Source of the DNA: a virus
Lineage: Duplodnaviria > Caudoviricetes
Reading direction: 5' to 3' (one strand)
Virus record (IMG/VR): IMGVR_UViG_3300037400_001617
DNA: 64,000 bases
Notes under the pieces: model-generated
What the model saw: the letters and a program-made list of their open reading frames with translations, nothing else
The model's database searches: none
Told to the model about the DNA's origin: nothing
Position numbers and translations under genes: made by a program
Shown: piece after piece, positions 41,991-50,014 of the stretch
Numbering within the stretch: the first letter of the stretch is position 1
How the letters are laid out: every line of letters starts with the position of its first letter

Positions 41991-42265
41991 TCTCCTTCTT
42001 CTGAAGTTGTGGTGGGTATTCTTCTGATTATGAGATGCTTGTACTGAAGCTTATCATCTGCATCATATGATACGATATATGAAGCTACCAGATTTCCAGC
42101 ATCGTCTGTAGAGTATCCTCTTTCGATGATTATCTTAGGGAGTCCCCTAGTTTCGTCTTCCCATGCGGAGAATGCTATATCTCCTATTCTTGAGAAGACT
42201 TCTGATCTTGTTCCTCTAAGAATCTCTTCGATTCCTTCATAGAGGACATAAGTGTAGTTGTCCAT
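41987..42265 (-). CDS. hypothetical protein, first gene of an early-type operon
   Basis: Start MDNYTY after AAGGAGGT; early-type motif at 42324-42334. Confidence 0.55.
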   Translation of the reverse strand: MDNYTYVLYEGIEEILRGTRSEVFSRIGDIAFSAWEDETRGLPKIIIERGYSTDDAGNLVASYIVSYDADDKLQYKHLIIRRIPTTTSEEGE

Positions 42266-42339
42266 CTTTTGAACCTCCTTTATTTTAGATTGCCAGGAAG
42301 TCGAAACGACTTCCTGACTCATCTATAATATATAACTTC

Positions 42340-43323
42340 TTAGAACTTTGATATAGCACCACTATTGATGGTGACGACATCCCAACTCTTACCAAGATTA
42401 CTGTTGGTTGCTCTACCAGTAGAACGATCTATAATCGTTTCGGCGATAAGCTCCTGATTGGGTCTTGGATAGTTTGGAACTGATTGACCAGTGGTTGTGT
42501 CGATTACATCGAATGATGCAGCACCAGTAGAATCGTCAAGTACTACAACCTCTTTGATATTGGGATTGTGCTCAAGTATCATACGATTCTGTTCTGGTGA
42601 TATAGTCTGCATGTAGTTACCATAGCCAGCGTCAACGATATCTCCAGAAGGAGTTATCACTGTACCAGAACCCATCATGCCAGGATTAGCTATAGTGTTC
42701 TGAGATGTCTGCTGCAGGAATGGAGGAAGGTTACCAGTGTTGATAGGAGTATTGATGTATGCATTATACATTGCTGCCATACTTCTATCATCGTCTTCAG
42801 CCATCTGAAGTTCCTTTGTAGCTTGGTAACGCTTCATCTCAAGTTCATGAGACTTAGTTGTTACTGCATTGAGTTCCTTGATGGCAGTAAGCTTGTTTCC
42901 AAGAACACCGCAGATAGATTCGCCGAGATTGCTGATATATGTATATCTGCCTTTCATCTGCTTATTGCTTCTGATAGACTCAAACTCTTTCATGAGTTCG
43001 ATAGCCATGACATCCATCTGCTGAATTGTGCCACGAATCATACCTACACCTTCAGCGTAGGTCATTTCGTAAGGTTCGTTTGATGTACAGAGAGGAGTAT
43101 AAGGCTGTCCCTTAGGATTTTCAACTGGAACTGAAACTGTTTGTGGAACTGGAAGAGCTACTGCACTAGCAGTCTGCTGTTCTTCAGGTTTCTTTTTTGG
43201 AGGACGTCCTCTCTTCTTTTTGCCAGGTTCTGTTGTTGATTGTGACGTTGTACTTGTATTAGCCTCGTCAACTTCAACGTCAATGATTGAATTACCCTGA
43301 TAGGGTTTAACAGATTCAAACAT
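42340..43323 (-). CDS. hypothetical protein with an AT-hook-like motif
   Basis: 327 aa, contains KKKRGRPPKKK; promoter at 43349-43361. Confidence 0.55.
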   Translation of the reverse strand: MFESVKPYQGNSIIDVEVDEANTSTTSQSTTEPGKKKRGRPPKKKPEEQQTASAVALPVPQTVSVPVENPKGQPYTPLCTSNEPYEMTYAEGVGMIRGTIQQMDVMAIELMKEFESIRSNKQMKGRYTYISNLGESICGVLGNKLTAIKELNAVTTKSHELEMKRYQATKELQMAEDDDRSMAAMYNAYINTPINTGNLPPFLQQTSQNTIANPGMMGSGTVITPSGDIVDAGYGNYMQTISPEQNRMILEHNPNIKEVVVLDDSTGAASFDVIDTTTGQSVPNYPRPNQELIAETIIDRSTGRATNSNLGKSWDVVTINSGAISKF

Positions 43324-43384
43324 GAATCGTACCTCCTTCGGTTAATTTTTATAAGAGTGTTAGCTGTATCAGAACATAATGGTA

Positions 43385-43525
43385 AGGAAGCATTAAAACG
43401 GGTGGTGTTTCCTTTCATGGTGTCATAGTCCTCCTAACTAATGAATCGGCTATTCATTAGCGACAACAACTGACCTCTCTGGAATGCTGGTAGGGATCTT
43501 CCCTACCAGTCGTTCTTGCGTCTTT
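43385..43525 (+). ncRNA. candidate small RNA with anti-SD motifs
   Basis: Late-type promoter at 43373-43385, no + strand ORF with an RBS, internal 9-bp hairpin at 43438-43460, terminal 10-bp hairpin at 43487-43509. Confidence 0.45.
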
Positions 43526-43546
43526 TGTAGACTATAAAACCCTCTC

Positions 43547-43603
43547 CAACCATTAAATAATCAAAGTAATCGTACGTGTTTGGGACGATTACGGAAAAGG
43601 AGG
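43547..43603 (+). promoter_or_regulatory. conserved polymerase leader, copy 2 (promoter + hairpin + SD)
   Basis: CAACCATTAAATAATCAAA-GTAATCGT-ACGTGTTTGGG-ACGATTAC-GGAAA-AGGAGG. Confidence 0.85.
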
Positions 43604-43610
43604 AATCACA

Positions 43611-45608
43611 ATGATACAGATAGGAAACTATCCTTTGCAGTACGATTTATCGTTATTGCAGACAATCTACCACAGACCAAAAAGAAACAAGAATACTCAT
43701 ACGGACATCCCAGATTCAATGGACCTTGTTATTAAGGACAATGTGACTGGAGAGAAGTTCGTAGAGACAATAGAAAATCCCGAATACACTTGGTACAGAA
43801 TAAAGAACGACGTGTTCGTTGACTACAATCTCGCTTTCATAGAGAAAGAGAAGTGTGATGCGATCACTGTTCCATACAGAAAACTTCTTAGAAGTATAGC
43901 AGAAGCAACTGGTAATGAGACATTCTTTGATGCTAATGCTGACAATGGAGACTACAAGAACAATCAGAGACTTCACGAGCATGTAAGAGTTATGGGTTCA
44001 GATATGAACATCGAAGACTTCTACAGGTTTCAGTTCGGTGAGTCTTATAAGAATGCCTTTGGTCCTATAAACAAGAGCTATCTCGATATTGAGGTTGACT
44101 CAAGAACTGCGAAGGGAGACTTCGTAGAACCAGGTGAGTGTCCAATCAATGCGGTGACATTCATAGACGATAGAACTCAGACAGTGTTCACCTTACTTCT
44201 TAGGGATCCATATAATCCCTTATGCCTGGAGTTCGAGAAGTTATTGAACAGTGGTAAGTTCGAAGCTATAGCGAGAGACTTTGTTATCAATGCTGTAGGT
44301 GGAATGGAGAAAGCTAAGAAGTATCGTGTAGATACTCTTCAGTTCTCGACAGCTATGTATACTGATGAGAAGGAGTTAATCAAGACCCTGTTCAATGTCA
44401 TTAACAAACTCGAACCAGACTTCTTATTGGCATGGAACATGGCGTTCGATATCCCATACATCATCGAGAGATGTAAGAAGTTAGAGATGAAGCCAGAAAA
44501 GGTAATGTGTCATCCAGACTTCAAGTACAAAGAAGTCAGCTACTTCATAGATGACAAGAACTACAATGAGTTTGCTGAGAGAAATGACTTCTGTAAGATA
44601 AGCAGTAAGACTGTATATCTTGACCAGTTAATTCACTTCGCTAGTAGACGTAAGGGACGTTCAGCAATCCCTAACTTCAGACTTGACAGTATAGCAGAGA
44701 TGACAGTAGGTTTCGGTAAGCTTGACTACCATCACATCTGCGAGAAGCTTGAAGATCTTCCGCAGAAGGATTACTTAACATTCGTGTTATACAATATCAT
44801 GGACGTTATCTCACAGTACTGTATCGAGAACAAGGTGAACGATGTAGGTAATGCATATAACAACGTTCTTCTGAACAACACTCGTATCAGTAAGATATAT
44901 CGTCAGACAGTATATCTGAAGAACAGAGCCTTCAAGTCATACTGGAGACAGGGCTTCGTAATGGGCAACAATACCAACAAGAACAACACCAAGACGAAGT
45001 TCCCAGGTGCTTGGGTATCAGATCCTACAAAGCTCGGACCTTACTCCAAGATGATAGTAAACGGCAAGCCTATCATGGTATTCAGAAATCTGAACGACTA
45101 TGACTACAAGAGCCTTTATCCGTCTATCACATCAGAACTCAATCTTGCGGCTAACACAATCATTGCTCGTATCATTATACCAACTCAGGTATATAAGAAC
45201 GAGAATAGATTTGCGAGAGAGGAATACAAGTACAAGAGAGAAGGACAGTTCCTTGAGGATTATCAGTCTCATCAGTGGCTTGAGTTCTATCATAGGTGGT
45301 TCCACCTTGCGTCATATGAAGAGATGTATGATGATGTAGTAACCTACTTCTCAGATATTGTACATCCAAGAGGTAAACTTGATCTCCATTGTACAGAGGG
45401 TGTATATCTGTTCTACAAAGTGCCCAACAGTAATACTCAAACTTCACCATTCGTTCCGATATGGGAACAGAAGATGATGGACAAGAAGACTGAGTATCCG
45501 CATGTACAGTTCCCATTCGATGACGAAGTCAGAACTTTCTCAGAGTTCTATAATAAGATAGAGTCTAGAGAAGAGAATTGTTATAGTAGAGAGGTAGTAG
45601 CAGTATGA
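43611..45608 (+). CDS. family B DNA polymerase, N-terminal subunit (3'-5' exonuclease plus motif A)
   Basis: ExoI YLDIEVD, ExoII AWNMAFDIPYI, ExoIII YNIMDV, FPGAWVSDP, motif A DYDYKSLYPS. No motif B or C. Confidence 0.9.
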   Translation: MIQIGNYPLQYDLSLLQTIYHRPKRNKNTHTDIPDSMDLVIKDNVTGEKFVETIENPEYTWYRIKNDVFVDYNLAFIEKEKCDAITVPYRKLLRSIAEATGNETFFDANADNGDYKNNQRLHEHVRVMGSDMNIEDFYRFQFGESYKNAFGPINKSYLDIEVDSRTAKGDFVEPGECPINAVTFIDDRTQTVFTLLLRDPYNPLCLEFEKLLNSGKFEAIARDFVINAVGGMEKAKKYRVDTLQFSTAMYTDEKELIKTLFNVINKLEPDFLLAWNMAFDIPYIIERCKKLEMKPEKVMCHPDFKYKEVSYFIDDKNYNEFAERNDFCKISSKTVYLDQLIHFASRRKGRSAIPNFRLDSIAEMTVGFGKLDYHHICEKLEDLPQKDYLTFVLYNIMDVISQYCIENKVNDVGNAYNNVLLNNTRISKIYRQTVYLKNRAFKSYWRQGFVMGNNTNKNNTKTKFPGAWVSDPTKLGPYSKMIVNGKPIMVFRNLNDYDYKSLYPSITSELNLAANTIIARIIIPTQVYKNENRFAREEYKYKREGQFLEDYQSHQWLEFYHRWFHLASYEEMYDDVVTYFSDIVHPRGKLDLHCTEGVYLFYKVPNSNTQTSPFVPIWEQKMMDKKTEYPHVQFPFDDEVRTFSEFYNKIESREENCYSREVVAV

Positions 45609-46288
45609 TTAACACAATACTTGAGGCTATGAAAGTCGTTATAGCCTTAATGAAAGGTAAACCAGGAGACGCATTATACTTCCATAAAGACACCAAGAGT
45701 GGAGAGATGTATGCATACCTTATAGTGGGTAACAACTACATTCGTTACACTAGAGATGCACTCATACCAGAATTCGAATCGTTTAATGAAGAGATCTTTC
45801 TGGTGAATGTATTAGCATCGTTAGACCAAATCCAGGATGTAGCTGAAAGAGAAAAGGCATTCTTCAACTGTTATATACATGGTAAGGGTTTGTTAGTATT
45901 CGGAAAGACTTCTGTATCAGACTATGTGGCAGACGCTCGTTATCGTGACTTAATGTCGACTATAGGCGCAATGTTCAAGTATATGAGTAACGAGTGTACT
46001 TTGTCAGCTTATAAAGACTTCCATACCACACCACAATGGGATCTTTATACTAGTCTGAAAGCATCTGATGGTGCTAAGTATGTAAATATAGATGGCAAGT
46101 ATACGATGTACTTGTTCAGTGGTGTAATACCAACAACGAAGAACGATCATGTCGACCTCTTCGTCTTAGACAATCCCAACTATAATTTCTTCATGTCGAA
46201 CTTTGAGGTTACTAAGTGGAAGATAACCAAGAAAGAGACCAAGAGACTTTATACGTACAACTGTATTGTCTGCTTCTTTAGAATTTGA
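45605..46288 (+). CDS. hypothetical protein translationally coupled to the polymerase N-subunit
   Basis: 227 aa, ATGA overlap. Confidence 0.55.
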   Translation: MINTILEAMKVVIALMKGKPGDALYFHKDTKSGEMYAYLIVGNNYIRYTRDALIPEFESFNEEIFLVNVLASLDQIQDVAEREKAFFNCYIHGKGLLVFGKTSVSDYVADARYRDLMSTIGAMFKYMSNECTLSAYKDFHTTPQWDLYTSLKASDGAKYVNIDGKYTMYLFSGVIPTTKNDHVDLFVLDNPNYNFFMSNFEVTKWKITKKETKRLYTYNCIVCFFRI

Positions 46289-46379
46289 AAGTTATGAGAG
46301 ATTAGTCCCAGAGAGGTCTACTCTCTGGGCTATTCTTTGTTACTCGAAACATTATAGTAACTTGAAAGGAGGAGTTATA

Positions 46380-48773
46380 ATGGCTTCAAACCAAAAGCAG
46401 CGTGAACGCAAAGTTGCTTCTGCTAATCGTAAAGCTAATCGTTTGGCTTCATTCGTACAGACAAATATTGATAAGCTCTACCAAAGCATATACTATACAC
46501 AGCCCTCTAACAAACATGACCTCGATATTATAAAGTCTAAACTGGATGCTTCTATAGATGGTATAGTAAGCTCAAACAAGGCTCAGACTGGTCAGGGTAA
46601 CTTAAGTGCTCTATACAATAGAGCTATGAGACAGCAATCCAACAACCCAGAAGCTATCAAGATGAGAGATATGAACAAAGACCTTGAGTCTCTACTCAAT
46701 GATACTAATATACTTGATACTGGTATTCTGGGTTTCATGAACGATACTACTACCGTAGCTGATTACGATGCTAAGATAGATACTATCGTAAAGTACATGC
46801 CTAAACTGAAAGAAGCGTTAGATACTAGAAAGGACAATGTCCTTTCTGCTGATCACTTCAGTAAGGACTTCATCAATGTAACTAATACTACAGTTGCTGG
46901 TGTACAAGCATCAGTACAGGAGCATATCAAAGAAATCAAAGAGAGATATAACTTCATCGATATCGCTGGAGAGATCTATGACAATGCTTCTAAGTATGGC
47001 GAACAGTTCGTCTATATAGTTCCTGCTAAGAAGGCTATAGCTAAACTTCTTGCTAACAAGAACAAGCCTGGCATCAGAGGTGACATTGACATTCATGAGC
47101 ATTGTATAATCTCTGAGTCTGGTGACTTTAGTAGAGAGAAGTTCGAAGCTGATATGAAAAGCTATGGACTTAAGCAGGAAGACTTCGGAGATATAGATAA
47201 GGTAGAAATTGAGTTCAACCGTTCTGGTCTCCTCACTGAGACAGTAGAGAATGAATACAAGTTCTACAAGGAGATAGGAGCAATCAACGAGATGGCTCTT
47301 AGTGATCCAGTAGGACACGTTATCAATGAAGCTACTGAGAAGAAGGTTACTGATCCTGAAGGAGATAGAATCAAGAATGCTCCAGATATCTCTAACTTCG
47401 ATACTGGTAAGAAGGCTAAGCCTAGTAATAAGACTAAGTTCGACGATACAGTAAAGGATGATCTTAAGTTCGACAACTTCGACTACAGAGGCACTGAGGG
47501 ACTTATAACTGATCAGAAGCGCTCTAATAAAGGAGACGTGGTTGATGTCCCAGGTAGCATCGTAAAACTCCTGGATCGTGAACACATCATTCCTATCTAC
47601 ATCGAAACACACTGTTTCGGATACTACTATATCGAGACTGACTACAGATATGATCCTATGAGAGACTATGACAGGATGCAGGATCCTACTATGTCACTCA
47701 AGGGTTCTAACTCTATTCTCTCTACCAACTCAGTTACAGATGCTACAGGTAGACAGAACAATATCACACGATTCCTTTCTTCTCAGATAGCTCAGTATAT
47801 TGACGCTAACTTCGTCAATGCTAACCAGGATCTGAGAGATGAGATCTACATGATACTGAAGAACAACGATATGGAGAACGGCCATAAGCTCAGTAAGGTA
47901 AAGGTTACATTCATACCTCCTGAGGATATGGAGCATGTCTACTTCAGAATGAACAAGAAGACTCATAGAGGTATATCAGATCTCCATGAGGCTCTCTTCC
48001 CTGCAACTCTCTACTCTGCAATGTATATCACTAACTGCATCATGACAATGACACGCTCTCAGGATAAGAGAGTGTACTATGTCAAGCAGAACGTGGATAC
48101 AAACATCTCGAAGACCCTTCTGAATACTATCAACCAGATCAAGAAGGGTAACATGAACATTCGACAGATTGAGAATATCAACCACATTCTCAATATCACT
48201 GGTCGATTCAATGACTACATCATTCCTAGAAACTCATCAGGTGAATCTCCTATAGACTTTGAGGTTATGCAGGGTCAACAGATAGAATTCAAGACAGAAC
48301 TGATGACAGTACTGGAAGAGATGGCAATCAACTCTACAGATGTACCACTTGAGATGATTCAGATGAGACAGTCTGTTGAGTATGCTACACAGCTTACTAT
48401 GACATCCAGTAAGTTCCTCAGAAAGGTATATAACCGTCAGGCTAAGTACCAGAAGAATCTTACTAGAATCTTCGCTAAGCTTTACAAGAATGAGTATCAG
48501 GATGATGATGTTTGTCTTGAGGTTACATTACCACCTCCGATGTTCCTTAACATCACCAATACTAACCAGATGGTTACAAACGTTCAGGACTATGCAAACA
48601 GCATAGCTGAAATAGAACTGGCTGAGGAAGATGATGAAATGGTTAAACGTCTTGCTGTAAAGGCGTTAACACTTCACTTCTTAGGATCATATCTCGATCT
48701 CCCAGCAATAGAAGATGTAATCACAAGAGCAAAACAAGAAGCATCAAAGCTTAAAAATAACGAAGAAGAGTAA
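46380..48773 (+). CDS. portal protein
   Basis: ~797 aa with a late promoter. RSQDKRVYYV, DYIIPR, PIDFEVMQGQ and MAINSTDVP...KFLRKVYNRQ parallel T4 gp20/jumbo-phage portal motifs. Confidence 0.75.
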   Translation: MASNQKQRERKVASANRKANRLASFVQTNIDKLYQSIYYTQPSNKHDLDIIKSKLDASIDGIVSSNKAQTGQGNLSALYNRAMRQQSNNPEAIKMRDMNKDLESLLNDTNILDTGILGFMNDTTTVADYDAKIDTIVKYMPKLKEALDTRKDNVLSADHFSKDFINVTNTTVAGVQASVQEHIKEIKERYNFIDIAGEIYDNASKYGEQFVYIVPAKKAIAKLLANKNKPGIRGDIDIHEHCIISESGDFSREKFEADMKSYGLKQEDFGDIDKVEIEFNRSGLLTETVENEYKFYKEIGAINEMALSDPVGHVINEATEKKVTDPEGDRIKNAPDISNFDTGKKAKPSNKTKFDDTVKDDLKFDNFDYRGTEGLITDQKRSNKGDVVDVPGSIVKLLDREHIIPIYIETHCFGYYYIETDYRYDPMRDYDRMQDPTMSLKGSNSILSTNSVTDATGRQNNITRFLSSQIAQYIDANFVNANQDLRDEIYMILKNNDMENGHKLSKVKVTFIPPEDMEHVYFRMNKKTHRGISDLHEALFPATLYSAMYITNCIMTMTRSQDKRVYYVKQNVDTNISKTLLNTINQIKKGNMNIRQIENINHILNITGRFNDYIIPRNSSGESPIDFEVMQGQQIEFKTELMTVLEEMAINSTDVPLEMIQMRQSVEYATQLTMTSSKFLRKVYNRQAKYQKNLTRIFAKLYKNEYQDDDVCLEVTLPPPMFLNITNTNQMVTNVQDYANSIAEIELAEEDDEMVKRLAVKALTLHFLGSYLDLPAIEDVITRAKQEASKLKNNEEE

Positions 48774-48787
48774 AAGAAAGAAGAGAC

Positions 48788-48809
48788 GGACTGGGAATAA
48801 TCCCAGTCC
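48788..48809. terminator. bidirectional terminator hairpin between the portal and tail tube genes
   Basis: GGACTGGGA-ATAA-TCCCAGTCC flanked by A-rich and T-rich tracts. Confidence 0.7.
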
Positions 48810-48839
48810 GAATCTTTTGTTGTGATCATTGGAACGATT

Positions 48840-49997
48840 TTACTGTCCCTGTCCCTGTGTCGGTTTGTAAGTGAGATCAGCTTTAAGGATATGCTCTGAT
48901 GTACCAACAGCCTTAACCTGCTGTGAATAGATACCATCGCTTCTTCCGAGTCCATAGTTTGAACCTTTGGTCTCGTCGAATACTGAACCAATCTTGCCGA
49001 CTGAGTTTGTATCTCTCTGAGTGAATGCTTCTGTAACAACACCGTTAGCGTCAGTCCATGATGTAGCACCAACTGCATAAGGATTGCTATTATCATTACC
49101 AGTACTGCTGGTATTAGCGTTAAGACCGAGGTTCTCATTAACTCTCTTAAGAGCTTCGTATGTGAAGTTAGTAGAGTCAACAATGAGACGGCTACCAGTT
49201 GTGTTGCGAGGATTACGCATAGCGAGAAGCATTCTCTGAGCAGCGAGTGATACCTGATCGTTGTTGATGAAGAATCCGTTGAAGGACATTGAGAGTTCAC
49301 CCCAACCGATTTCACCCTTTTCGCCGTCGTAGAGTGTGCTGAACTCAGCTGTTGTAGGCTGTGCAGCACAGATAAGGAATGCCTTTTCGATCTTAGTTAC
49401 TGTATTGTCAGTAAGGAAGTACATGAAGCTGAATACCTCACGGTGCGGTCCAGGATCCTTACCTGACTCAGTTGCAGGACCAGTACCGAATGTATACCAG
49501 TCGATAAGACCGTGGTATGTCTTAGCCTGTGTATCCTTATCCTTGATACCTGTAAGATAAAGCTCGTTGAACTTTGTCATTACAGAACCAGAACGCTCAT
49601 AGAATCTCATGGTGAACGTTGTAGAAGCACCCTGAGTTACTCTGTTGATGAGCTGAATAGATCTGATACCATTGCTGATTTCGCCGTTAGGTTCGCCAGT
49701 GATGTTTTCGATGTTGTCAATACCCTTGAAGTCGTGCTCTAAGATATGAACGTAGTTTCCTACGATAGTCTTCATCTCATCGCTGTTTTCAGCGAGTTCA
49801 CGCATGAAGTCAGGGACGCTGATTACTACGAGCCAAGGATAGCCTTTCTCATAGAGGTCGAACTGCTCGAGCTGTGAGAAGTCAGTAACACCTCTCATGA
49901 GGTTGTACTCAAGAAGGTTACGGGGAGTTTTAAGACCCTTGAAAATCTGCTGACCAACACCAGTTTGTGTGCTCTGAACGTTGCTAGTATCTGCCAT
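48840..49997 (-). CDS. tail tube protein
   Basis: 385 aa, directly downstream of the sheath gene, with biased codons and a beta-rich FTMRFYE...AAQPT...ELSMSFNGF pattern. Confidence 0.7.
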   Translation of the reverse strand: MADTSNVQSTQTGVGQQIFKGLKTPRNLLEYNLMRGVTDFSQLEQFDLYEKGYPWLVVISVPDFMRELAENSDEMKTIVGNYVHILEHDFKGIDNIENITGEPNGEISNGIRSIQLINRVTQGASTTFTMRFYERSGSVMTKFNELYLTGIKDKDTQAKTYHGLIDWYTFGTGPATESGKDPGPHREVFSFMYFLTDNTVTKIEKAFLICAAQPTTAEFSTLYDGEKGEIGWGELSMSFNGFFINNDQVSLAAQRMLLAMRNPRNTTGSRLIVDSTNFTYEALKRVNENLGLNANTSSTGNDNSNPYAVGATSWTDANGVVTEAFTQRDTNSVGKIGSVFDETKGSNYGLGRSDGIYSQQVKAVGTSEHILKADLTYKPTQGQGQ

Positions 49998-50014
49998 AAT
50001 CTATTCCTCCCTTC

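Noticed and set aside
43158-43418. 86-aa minus-strand ORF
   Set aside because: It overlaps gene 42340-43323 out of frame and runs through that gene's promoter; no recognisable motifs.
16123-45608. Split intein or trans-splicing joining the polymerase halves
   Set aside because: No intein N- or C-terminal blocks or intron core at the end of the N-subunit or the start of the C-subunit.
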